Source: Omnitrophica WOR_2 bacterium GWF2_43_52 (GTDB lineage: Bacteria > Omnitrophota > Gorgyraeia > Gygaellales > UBA12090). Taken from it: a DNA stretch of 64,000 bases. The notes beneath the pieces are model-generated. The model was not told where the DNA came from. It did no database searches and saw only the letters and a list, made by a program, of their open reading frames with translations. Shown here piece by piece: positions 26,626 through 35,536 of this stretch; positions within the stretch are counted from its first letter, which is position 1, and every line of letters begins with the position of its first letter. The position numbers and the translations under genes were made by a program. The stretch lies in assembly GCA_001805445.1 (NCBI GenBank), contig MHGF01000028.1:73651-137650 (forward strand). Direction: 5' to 3'.

Positions 26626-29541
26626 TTATTTCTGTATTTTCTTAAGCGGAATGTTATGCTTAAAACTCATTCCTTCGGTAACCTGAAAATCTTTATAGAT
26701 GGAAACGGAAGGCAGATACTCCGCGGGTAAACTCTCCAAATCCAAAGTCACGGTATGCGCGCCTACCTCAACCCTAAAAGAATATTTTCCGGAACTATCA
26801 GTTTTTGCCTTGGTGCCGTCTTCTAAAATTACACTCAGGCCTCTTATCCCTTTATCATCAGAATCTAATACTCCATTAGCATTGGTATCCTCAAACACAA
26901 TACCGCTTATTTCCGAACGATTGCTTAATCCAAAGTCAATTCTCGTTGTCTGGCCATGGCTCATTTTTATTTCCTGGGTCAGGCCGGATAACAACATATA
27001 GCCTAGAGGGATAGTCTTGGTATCAATACTCACATAGGCCTTCTTTGCCTTTACCTTGGTTAAACGGTAATAACCGGATGCGTCAGTATCTATTGATTTT
27101 TCCTTGCCTAACCAAAGCTTTACTCCGGAAATCCCCAGCTCATTTGATTCCTTAAGCCCATCCTGATTATCATCGTTAAACACATAGCCGTCTATCGTGC
27201 CAATAGACTCCCATTTAACCCCCGTATCCCAGACATAGCGCATTCCGGTATTAAAGTTTGCTTCCATGCGTTTAGACGCGTTTGGATTTTCCGCCCAGAT
27301 ATTGCGGAAACGGCAGGAACCAAAAATTTCCATGTCGCTATTGGGCCGGTAGGCCAATTCCGCGTAGTTCTCAATATAATCTTCACCCGCGAAGAACCCA
27401 AGATTAGAAACCGTCTTTTCCTCATCGCGATAGCTAAAACGGAAATTCCCGTAAAAAGGAGACGCCTTGCCGAGGGATCCATACCATTCAACGCCTGTTT
27501 CATAGGCATGCGGCATGGTATGATTACCGTTAAATCTCTCTTCAAACCAGTTCAGGTCCTTATTAAAATAATAATACAAATCGCCGATAATGCCAAACCG
27601 CAAGCCGGCAGTAAATTTATCGTTGATATAATCCGAAAGCGGCGATGAAAAACTTTTATTTTCCTGATGATAATAATTCGCGTAGGTATTAATATCCCGC
27701 AGCAACCTGAACTTGCGGGTTACCCCAATGCCGGAGCTTTGGTAGCGTACCTGGCTTACCCTTCCTAGTTGATTTGACAGATTATAACTTAAGCTATAGT
27801 ATGTCACAGGGTCTGCCTGATAATTAGCGTTCCAGCGGACGTCTTCATTCAGACGCGTATCGTTATCCAAAGCCGGATTAATCGTATCCCTATAGACGTT
27901 TACACTGCTATTAATGCCTAATTTCTCCGTAGGCGAATAACTTAAATCAAAAAGCCCGCCCTGCTCTCCCTGACGTGAAGCTGATCCCCGCACTGTGTTA
28001 TAATTCTTATCAATATCCCTAAATTCCGCGCTGGCAACAAACTTAGGCTGATTATAGGTAGCCTTCAAAATATGGGCAAAACGTTCTGTATTATTGGCTA
28101 TTTCATACTGCAGGCCCCAAATATCATTAAGCCTCCAAGTGCTGGCTAAATCATAGGCATAGGAATTCAAGGCGCTTTGCCGGTCATGGCCCCATCCATG
28201 GGCAACATTGAACTTATAATTTTGTTTCTTTGTTGGTGAAAAGCTAAAATTTACCCCTTCAAGGAATAGATCATTTTTAGTAAATACCCCCGGAGTAATA
28301 TTCCCGAACGACCCTCCAGATTCCCGGCCATGATAGACACTATAATCAAGCTTGTTATTTAACATCGCAGCCTTCACCATTGCCCCGCGTAAGGCTACGT
28401 TTGAAACCGCAAGGTTTGAGGCAAATACAGGATAAAAATCAAAACCCCTGACGTCAAAGCCTTTAAACGGCCCAATGCGGCTATTGGTAAGGCCTGCGGT
28501 ATAATAGGTAAATTCCAAACTGGTTTTAAACCTTTGTACCACAGCATAAGAATCAAAAGCCCCATAGGGTGTATCACCGGCTAACCCAAAACCCTGAGAT
28601 GAAGAATAACTGATGCGGTTAAAACTCGCTACTCTCCTGCCACTTTCTATTGATGACCAGTCAAAGGCATAACGCAGTTTAAAATTACCCGCTTTTTCCG
28701 CCTCAAGCCGCTGCGCTTCTTCATACGAATTTACTATTTCCGGCAAAACCCCGAAGATTTCTATGGTTGAGCGCCCCCGGTCATCCCAAATATGTAACTC
28801 GGTATACCCAACATTCTTTCCGCTAAGTAAAAGCTCGTCCACCCCCTGCTTTTGCGCATCAATAATATTGGCTTCCGTAACCAAAAACCGCTGGATATTC
28901 CTACCGGAAAACACGATGCTTTCACCTAACTCTATCTCCAAAGGCTGGGTTGCCGTGCTTAAATATTCCTCTAAGATAAGCAGGGTAGGTTTTAAGGCTT
29001 CCTTCTTGAGCGCGTCTTTCGCGGGCACCTTAACAGCCCGCGAAGAAGGAATGGAGGCAACTGATGACTTCTCAAATTGTTTCAATTCCTTATCTATAAG
29101 CTTATTTTTTTTCTGTAATTCTGTTTTTGCGGTCGCGGCTAGTTTTTGAGAGGCAGAAGATATAGGATGCTCAGCTTTCTCTAACGCTTTAGAGACAGCA
29201 TCCTTTGATTTTAACTCTTTAACGCTTGGGGCTTCTTGAGCAGGCTCTATCACCGGCTCAAAGGTTTCCTGAGCAAAAGGCGCTTTAATCTTTACAGCTT
29301 GGGGGGGCTCATTCTTTTTTATTCCTTCAATGAGCCTGATATAGCGCATAGCCAGTTCATTATCTGACTGGATAAGGATGGCCTTATTAAATTCATGCAA
29401 GGCATCGTCGTAATCACCTTCATTATACAACTTTATCGCGTATTCACACAAAAAATAGGGGATTTCCGTATAGGCGTAAAGAGGATACTGTTGACCGCTA
29501 AGAAAAGCTATCAACAGAAATAAGCTGATTATCTTTTTCAC
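26626..29541 (-). CDS. Usher-like outer-membrane protein (TPR, pilus-secretin N-domain-like region, beta-barrel, two SdrD-B-like domains)
   Basis: Signal peptide; YDDALHEFNKA TPR; aromatic-rich amphipathic strands; GYVFNDDNQDG and GIVFEDTNANG repeats. Confidence 0.65.
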   Translation of the reverse strand: MKKIISLFLLIAFLSGQQYPLYAYTEIPYFLCEYAIKLYNEGDYDDALHEFNKAILIQSDNELAMRYIRLIEGIKKNEPPQAVKIKAPFAQETFEPVIEPAQEAPSVKELKSKDAVSKALEKAEHPISSASQKLAATAKTELQKKNKLIDKELKQFEKSSVASIPSSRAVKVPAKDALKKEALKPTLLILEEYLSTATQPLEIELGESIVFSGRNIQRFLVTEANIIDAQKQGVDELLLSGKNVGYTELHIWDDRGRSTIEIFGVLPEIVNSYEEAQRLEAEKAGNFKLRYAFDWSSIESGRRVASFNRISYSSSQGFGLAGDTPYGAFDSYAVVQRFKTSLEFTYYTAGLTNSRIGPFKGFDVRGFDFYPVFASNLAVSNVALRGAMVKAAMLNNKLDYSVYHGRESGGSFGNITPGVFTKNDLFLEGVNFSFSPTKKQNYKFNVAHGWGHDRQSALNSYAYDLASTWRLNDIWGLQYEIANNTERFAHILKATYNQPKFVASAEFRDIDKNYNTVRGSASRQGEQGGLFDLSYSPTEKLGINSSVNVYRDTINPALDNDTRLNEDVRWNANYQADPVTYYSLSYNLSNQLGRVSQVRYQSSGIGVTRKFRLLRDINTYANYYHQENKSFSSPLSDYINDKFTAGLRFGIIGDLYYYFNKDLNWFEERFNGNHTMPHAYETGVEWYGSLGKASPFYGNFRFSYRDEEKTVSNLGFFAGEDYIENYAELAYRPNSDMEIFGSCRFRNIWAENPNASKRMEANFNTGMRYVWDTGVKWESIGTIDGYVFNDDNQDGLKESNELGISGVKLWLGKEKSIDTDASGYYRLTKVKAKKAYVSIDTKTIPLGYMLLSGLTQEIKMSHGQTTRIDFGLSNRSEISGIVFEDTNANGVLDSDDKGIRGLSVILEDGTKAKTDSSGKYSFRVEVGAHTVTLDLESLPAEYLPSVSIYKDFQVTEGMSFKHNIPLKKIQK

Positions 29542-29552
29542 TTATATTTTTA

Positions 29553-30455
29553 TCATTTTAACTGGCCAACCCTGTTGACCTTACCGTTATAGCCAAATTC
29601 TATTTCCGCTTCTTTAGTAATAATCGGGCCCCTGCCTAAGCCGGCTTCTTCCTGGGCTTTTCCTATGTCAACAGTTACTACCATATCATAGGCCCCTTCA
29701 GGTATCGGCTCGTTATGGATATCCCAGTTTGCCTTAAGCTTAGCTGTATCACCGGGAAATGTATACGCCTTATTAAATCCCGAGCGGGCATAGACAACGC
29801 CTTTTTTATCTATAACGTGGAAGGTGCCACCTGCGGTAATATCCACGTTACCGGTATTCTTAACATCAAGCTCTATCTCAAGCCTGTTTTTGTAGGGTTC
29901 TCTTTCTACGCTGAGGTTATCTATAATTCCTTCGCGTTTGGTTGCCCCTTTAATTTCTACATACACTATCGTCCCCACCCTGACCGTCAAATCAATGGCG
30001 GCACGGTCTTCTTTCGCAGGCTCTGCCTGGCCAAAGACGGTTTCATGGAACAAGACAGCATAATAGCCGCCTTCCACATCTTTATCCGGGACACTAATAG
30101 TATAATGTATTTTTTGCTGTGCTTGGGGAGGGAGGATAAATTCCTGCGGGGTAAATTTTATCCAAGGGGCGCAGGAACGTTGGGTAGAGCCCGCGGGGAA
30201 GAATTCCTTGGCGCCATCAGCGCCGGGGGCATAGCGCCAGTCTTCAAGGTATAAACGGATACTTCGTGTTTCTGAACTAGGATTAGAGAGGACCAGCTCG
30301 CCAAAATATTTCTCACCCTTAGCAATAACGTGCCGGACCTTCGGCTGGCTCATTACCGGCAGGTCTACTGCCCGGGAAAGATTGGTAAAGCTGACAAGAA
30401 AAAAAGATGCAATAAATACTATTTTCTTAATGCTTGGCAAAAATCTCCTTTCCAT
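29553..30455 (-). CDS. PapD/DUF916-like periplasmic pilus chaperone
   Basis: WIKFTPQEFILPP, GGYYAVLF, VKNTGNV; signal peptide. Confidence 0.72.
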   Translation of the reverse strand: MERRFLPSIKKIVFIASFFLVSFTNLSRAVDLPVMSQPKVRHVIAKGEKYFGELVLSNPSSETRSIRLYLEDWRYAPGADGAKEFFPAGSTQRSCAPWIKFTPQEFILPPQAQQKIHYTISVPDKDVEGGYYAVLFHETVFGQAEPAKEDRAAIDLTVRVGTIVYVEIKGATKREGIIDNLSVEREPYKNRLEIELDVKNTGNVDITAGGTFHVIDKKGVVYARSGFNKAYTFPGDTAKLKANWDIHNEPIPEGAYDMVVTVDIGKAQEEAGLGRGPIITKEAEIEFGYNGKVNRVGQLK

Positions 30456-30484
30456 TTTTTTGCTTTACTAGGTTGTTATACACT

Positions 30485-30655
30485 TTAGTTAACGCTGAAA
30501 AAGCATGTCAATCGGCAACGGCTAGGGTAACGAAGCCCGTATCGTCTAAAGGCAACGGTAACGTCTAAGACGACAATCCTCACCGAACTACGAAACGGGC
30601 ATCGTCACCGTAGCCCGTACACTTTACCAAATATAGGATTTTTCAGGTAAACTAA
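30485..30655. mobile_element. MITE-like element, family A
   Basis: Terminal inverted repeats ttagttaacgctgaaaaa / tttttcaggtaaactaa with a long internal hairpin; similar to 24-176. Confidence 0.6.
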
Positions 30656-30755
30656 TTTATATTATATAAATGCTCTTCTTCAACGGTAGAGAGCAGTATT
30701 GATTATAGATATAGCCTCTACCGTCTCCAAAGAATAGCCGCTCTATTAACCCAGT

Positions 30756-31367
30756 TTACGGAGCAAGGGTTAAGGTTACACTACCGGTATACGTTCCACC
30801 CGGCTGCGTGGCATTAATAGGTCTTACCCCCGGGTTATCCGTAGTATTTCCTGTGCCTATGCCATAATAGATTCGTAACCATCCCGTTGAATTAGTGCCA
30901 AGTATTTGGGCCTTAGTAAATGTTGCCGCTGACCCAGTTGCATTGGCATAGCTTAATTCAGCCAAAGGAGTAAGAACACTCGTATTACTACTAAGCTGTC
31001 GGATAAAGTCAACATTGATGTTATTATTAAGAGTTGCGTTACCATTGGCCACGTTTGTACGCGCATGCGTAAGCGTCCAGGCATTCCCGGTATTATCAAC
31101 TACCCCGCAATCTACCGCATAATAGGAAGTGGGGAGAAAAATACCAAGAGTTGAATTATAGGTCAAGGTTCCGAAATCAATGCTGGTTGCATTTGCCCAA
31201 GTGGTGCCAGTAACCCTAGAAACTGTCAAATTCAATGTGCTTGATGTTGGAATAACCGCTCTTACGGTTACTGTCTGCGTGCCGCCGGCATAACAAAACA
31301 AAGGCACCCCTACTAATAACGCCCCAATTATCAGGGCAAATATTATATCACCTGTCTTTTTCTTCAT
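30756..31367 (-). CDS. Pilin-like secreted subunit (CsuA/B- or WxL-like)
   Basis: Signal peptide, T/N/G-rich beta protein, SIDFGTL, C-terminal GGTYTGSVTLTL; GGGAGG RBS. Confidence 0.7.
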   Translation of the reverse strand: MKKKTGDIIFALIIGALLVGVPLFCYAGGTQTVTVRAVIPTSSTLNLTVSRVTGTTWANATSIDFGTLTYNSTLGIFLPTSYYAVDCGVVDNTGNAWTLTHARTNVANGNATLNNNINVDFIRQLSSNTSVLTPLAELSYANATGSAATFTKAQILGTNSTGWLRIYYGIGTGNTTDNPGVRPINATQPGGTYTGSVTLTLAP

Positions 31368-31480
31368 TGTATCCTCCCTTTTATTAATAATATTCCTAAA
31401 ACTTTACTTTCCATCAATTCTTTCTCTTTTTTCTACTTACTACTCACTACTCGAAAACCAACACCTCCCCTCCCTAAAAT

Positions 31481-32884
31481 TTATATTTCTAACAAAGAAT
31501 AGCTAATCTTTGTCGAATAATCTCCTGCCTTGACATCCATCGGGCTGGCTAATTCATAAACAGCCCTGAATTTATCCGATGAACCCGCGTCATCTGAAAC
31601 AAACAAAACTACATCTCCCGGACTTACCTCCTGGCTCTGAGGAATCTTTAAGACTCCCTTCGTTTCCATTGCCTCGGTCTTTACGGTAAAATATTTCGGC
31701 TTTATCACATTGCCTTCTTTATCAGACAAGGCCGCGATAACATTCTGGTTGACCTGATATTTTTTTCCTGTATTAGTCTTAATTTCGATAACCACCTCAT
31801 TTTTTTTCGTTCCTTCGCCGGGCTTAATATCACGAAACTCTATCCCCGCTCCGGGTTCCTGAGGGGTAAGTATAATATCAAAGACCTGTTCATTCTCTAC
31901 TTCCAGCTCCAGTGTTTTACGGTCAAGCTCTATCCCCATTTCTTCAATACTGTATTGCAGGCGGGAACGGTATCTTCCTGCCCGGCTAACCTCTGAATCT
32001 TCCAAACGATACCTTATGCTAAATCCGGCATCTGCTTCACCAGTGGGTTTTGAGGTATAGACAACCTGAGGGCTATCCGACAATACTCCTGGCGCCGGAA
32101 CCGTGCCAAGCTTTACTCCGGAGACTTCTATAGCTATTATTTTGGGCTCAAGAGACTTACCTTCTACGGTTTCAAGGGGCTTAAGCAGGGTCTGTTTTAT
32201 AGTAAATGGTTTTGTATGGCTTCCATTGAGTGTAACGCTAACATCGCATAGTTTCTTTTCTTCGCTCTTTGAATTAAGGTAAATAACGCTTGAGCCGCTG
32301 GCTGTGGTTACCTCAAGAGATGGCTTCATTGCTGCCTCATCAGCCTTTACTATTAAAATCACATTCAAGATTGTAGAAATTGAACTTTGCCCGGAGCCTA
32401 CGGGAATAAAGGTAAATCTCATCTGCCCGCGGTATAAGTCAGGAGTAATTCCTTGCGGGGCTACATACGTATATATTAAAGTAAAAGAATCGGGAGAACC
32501 GTTTTGGTTTGAAGTATAGAGTACAGAATTAGTGAGCGCTTCGGGGTTAACCTTTAACCTGCCGAATCTATTGGTTCCTGACAGGCCGGAGACTAAAAAA
32601 CTACTCCAGGGAATCTCACTTCCTTTGGCATTACGCAGAGCCGAAAATGGCTCCTGGCGTATCTCGTATTGCGCGCTTGTGCCTAATATCTCAACATCAA
32701 CTTCGCTATTGACTTCACGATAGAGGGAACTGCCCTGAGAAAAGCTCAACTCCTGAGCGCCGGAATGAGGCCTTGCGGTAAGAGAAACATCGGCAAAACA
32801 ATTAGGATAGAAAAGGAGAAAAGATAAAAAAAGACCCACACACACACTTGAAGCCTTCAATAAATAAGGGTATTTTATTTTCAT
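31481..32884 (-). CDS. Secreted protein with three tandem pilin-like Ig domains
   Basis: Signal peptide; three repeats ending PDLYRGQMRF, AGRYRSRLQY, AGDYSTKISY. Confidence 0.65.
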   Translation of the reverse strand: MKIKYPYLLKASSVCVGLFLSFLLFYPNCFADVSLTARPHSGAQELSFSQGSSLYREVNSEVDVEILGTSAQYEIRQEPFSALRNAKGSEIPWSSFLVSGLSGTNRFGRLKVNPEALTNSVLYTSNQNGSPDSFTLIYTYVAPQGITPDLYRGQMRFTFIPVGSGQSSISTILNVILIVKADEAAMKPSLEVTTASGSSVIYLNSKSEEKKLCDVSVTLNGSHTKPFTIKQTLLKPLETVEGKSLEPKIIAIEVSGVKLGTVPAPGVLSDSPQVVYTSKPTGEADAGFSIRYRLEDSEVSRAGRYRSRLQYSIEEMGIELDRKTLELEVENEQVFDIILTPQEPGAGIEFRDIKPGEGTKKNEVVIEIKTNTGKKYQVNQNVIAALSDKEGNVIKPKYFTVKTEAMETKGVLKIPQSQEVSPGDVVLFVSDDAGSSDKFRAVYELASPMDVKAGDYSTKISYSLLEI

Positions 32885-32909
32885 GGATTTCACACCCCTT
32901 TTCAGTTTT

Positions 32910-32938
32910 ATTTTACTCCCTCAGCCTGATAGTGTCAA
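32910..32938 (-). promoter_or_regulatory. Putative sigma70 promoter of the pilus-like operon
   Basis: TTGACA-17-TAAAAT. Confidence 0.55.
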
Positions 32939-32963
32939 GCAAAATAATCTCAATTTCTATAAC

Positions 32964-33100
32964 AAAACAAAAAGCCGGATTGACCCATTTCTGTCAATCC
33001 GGCCATAAAATTCTCCCACCTTACGGTGAGGCTATCGTGGCAGCCCTTGACTACCTCCATAATCAAGGACACCGGACCTAAAATGTTTTAAAAAACTTAA
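32964..33100 (-). ncRNA. Candidate structured sRNA/leader RNA, copy 1
   Basis: Follows TTGACA-17-TATACT (33133-33105); hairpin capped by UAUGGAGGUA, GUAA hairpin, terminator GCCGGAUUGAC..GUCAAUCCGGC-U tract; homologous to 49896-50008. Confidence 0.6.
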
Positions 33101-33129
33101 TTAAAGTATATACCGCAAGACAACTTTTG

Positions 33130-33462
33130 TCAAGTACAATTGCTCTGTTGAGCTGTTGCTAACTCAATTCTCAATGAATGAATAAACGACACTAAAAACA
33201 CTTTTTCGCTAGTTGACAAATACATCTGCCCCTTAATCCTGCAGTAGAAATGCTCTACCCTGCACCTCGTATCCTGCTTTCTGACTACGTAGAGCGTTGG
33301 TTTAGGCAAAATATCGCTCGATTGGGCAATACTGCTAATCCTACAAACCAAATGACGATGTACACAGCTGCGCACCCCCTTCTGCTCCATAAATTCAGAG
33401 CTCGAGAGGATCCTCTGCTTTCGATCATCAGAAGTAATATTTTTAAATAGCAGGTTTCGCAT
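33130..33462 (-). CDS. Hypothetical protein
   Basis: AAGGTGA RBS before MRNLLFKN; possible own promoter (TATACT near 33593-33598); family not recognised. Confidence 0.65.
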   Translation of the reverse strand: MRNLLFKNITSDDRKQRILSSSEFMEQKGVRSCVHRHLVCRISSIAQSSDILPKPTLYVVRKQDTRCRVEHFYCRIKGQMYLSTSEKVFLVSFIHSLRIELATAQQSNCT

Positions 33463-33718
33463 CGTCTCACCTTTGATTGAATAATCCATACGCATTACCT
33501 TACTTTAAGAATTTGCACCACCGTGGCTGGCAGAGAAATAATACTATTTTAAAAAGTTTTTATTAACTACTTACAACAACATCTTACTTAAAGTATACCA
33601 CCAATTACCTTAAATTCAATAGTAAAACAGCTATATTTTGGAAGCGTTTTCCTGAATAGTCGTAACGGAAGGACTCAAGATGTCAACAAGTGAGCACGAA
33701 AGGAAATTTTAAATAATC

Positions 33719-34354
33719 TTACTTACTCTTTTTAAAATTTAGACGTGGCTCTTTATTCTGTAACATCCTTATAATATTAGGCTTATGGCGGATGATTATA
33801 AATGATGAAAGGCACAGGCTTGCAGATATTAAGGGCAGGGGTTGTTTTAAAATTATAAAAAAGATAGGGAAAAAGACCGCGCTGACTATGGACGCAAGGG
33901 ATACAATTTTACTTAACATAAAAACAATAAGCCAAAGCAAAACCTCAGCCAAAAGAATAAGTTTAAGCGCGGGGAATTTAAGGGCTAAGCCAATCAAAAC
34001 ACCCAAAGTTGTTGCCATGCCCTTGCCCCCCTTAAACCTCAGGAAGATAGTCAGGCTATGCCCTACTACCGCGGCAACACCACATAAAACCCTCAAGACT
34101 AATTCATCAACAGGCGCGCCGAGCTTAAGGCAATAATCCGCGATACCGGCTACACACACAACTCCCTTAAGAGCATCGAGCGCCAATACGCTAATGCCCA
34201 TACGCTTGCCCAAGACCCTAAAAGCATTGGTCGCTCCTACATTTCCAGAACCATATTTCCTGATATCTATACCCTTGGCTATTTTACCGAAAATGTAAGC
34301 GGTAGGTATCGAGCCAACCAGATAACTAAGAAGTATGCCGAGGCTCAGAAGCAT
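33719..34354 (-). CDS. plsY: Glycerol-3-phosphate acyltransferase
   Basis: YLVGSIP, GSGNVGATN, FKGGKG, RHKPNI. Confidence 0.95.
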   Translation of the reverse strand: MLLSLGILLSYLVGSIPTAYIFGKIAKGIDIRKYGSGNVGATNAFRVLGKRMGISVLALDALKGVVCVAGIADYCLKLGAPVDELVLRVLCGVAAVVGHSLTIFLRFKGGKGMATTLGVLIGLALKFPALKLILLAEVLLWLIVFMLSKIVSLASIVSAVFFPIFFIILKQPLPLISASLCLSSFIIIRHKPNIIRMLQNKEPRLNFKKSK

Positions 34355-34916
34355 ATAAAACCTTTAACCCTTTCTTTAAATAATCTACTGCTGAGAAAAC
34401 TGTAAAAACAGCCGCGAACATTACGATGTACATACTATAGCGAAACTGCAGTAAGACCGCGATTATCGTCAACATCTGAAACAGCGTTGCATACTTACCC
34501 CAGCGGCTTGGGGTAAGCACCAATTCATCCTTCGTGACATAAATCACTGCTGAGCCAAAAAGAATGAGTGCGTCACGGCTTAAGACGGTTATCACAAGCC
34601 ATAACGGCACGTTTATGCCTTGAGGGAAGGTATCCTTTATGTAAATAAAAATAAACGCGCTCGATAAAAGCACCTTATCCGCCAGAGGGTCAAGAATAGT
34701 GCCTGCCTTGGTCTTCTGCTTCATCACCCGCGCGAGGAAACCATCGAGAGCATCAGAGAAAACCGCCAGAAGGAATATCGATAGCGCAACAAATCGCAAG
34801 TGGTCACGATATGGCTGATAATATAAAATAGCGGCGATAAAAAAAGGGACAGAAATAATCCTGAAAATAGAAACCTTGTTGGCAAAGGTCATTGCCCCTT
34901 GAGCCTTGGTGGTCAT
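34326..34916 (-). CDS. pgsA: CDP-alcohol phosphatidyltransferase (PgsA-like)
   Basis: ANKVSIFR, SDALDGFLAR, GTILDPLADK. Confidence 0.85.
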   Translation of the reverse strand: MTTKAQGAMTFANKVSIFRIISVPFFIAAILYYQPYRDHLRFVALSIFLLAVFSDALDGFLARVMKQKTKAGTILDPLADKVLLSSAFIFIYIKDTFPQGINVPLWLVITVLSRDALILFGSAVIYVTKDELVLTPSRWGKYATLFQMLTIIAVLLQFRYSMYIVMFAAVFTVFSAVDYLKKGLKVLYASEPRHTS

Positions 34917-35536
34917 CGAATTATCCTGATACGGTTTTCCGGCCACAGAGGCCAAAAGATTACAATTGCCTTACCCAAAATATTCTTTTGAGGAACAAAT
35001 CCCCAATAGCGGCTGTCAGATGAGGAAGCAGAATTATCCCCCAAGACATAATACGAATCCTCGGGCACACGGACAACCTGTTCTTCCATGCCAAAAGTAC
35101 TTTCAGGCTTATTATAATAGGTGTGGTTATAGATAAACGGATCCTTACAGACAACCCCATTAATATAGATATTCCCCCCGCGTATCTCTACCGTTTCACC
35201 CGGCAAAGCGACTAAACGCTTGATGAAATCCTTTTTGGGGTCCTGGGTTGAAATAAACACAATCACATCTCCCCGTTTTGGCTTACGAAGGGCGGGCAAT
35301 CGCATAGCGGTAAAGGGAACCCTTGCCCCATAGATGAATTTATTCACCAATATCCTGTCTCCTTCAATGAGGGTCATACGCATTGAGCCGCTGGGTATTT
35401 TAAACGGCTGAATGATAAAATGACGGATAAAAAGCGCCAAAAGAAGGGCGACGACTATTGACTCTACCCACTCCCAGATTACTGACTTCACTTTTTCTTT
35501 CTGATGAGCTGGTGACGCGGCCGTGTGGTGGCTCAT
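34913..35536 (-). CDS. lepB: Signal peptidase I
   Basis: IPSGSM, GDRILVNK, FIKRL, GDN..SSDSRYWG. Confidence 0.95.
   Translation of the reverse strand: MSHHTAASPAHQKEKVKSVIWEWVESIVVALLLALFIRHFIIQPFKIPSGSMRMTLIEGDRILVNKFIYGARVPFTAMRLPALRKPKRGDVIVFISTQDPKKDFIKRLVALPGETVEIRGGNIYINGVVCKDPFIYNHTYYNKPESTFGMEEQVVRVPEDSYYVLGDNSASSSDSRYWGFVPQKNILGKAIVIFWPLWPENRIRIIR

Noticed and set aside
32950-33060. Leader peptide or type I toxin starting at ATGGAGGTA in the two-copy RNA
   Set aside because: The frame gives 36 aa in copy 1 but only MEVY in copy 2, and no start codon follows GGAGG at RBS spacing.
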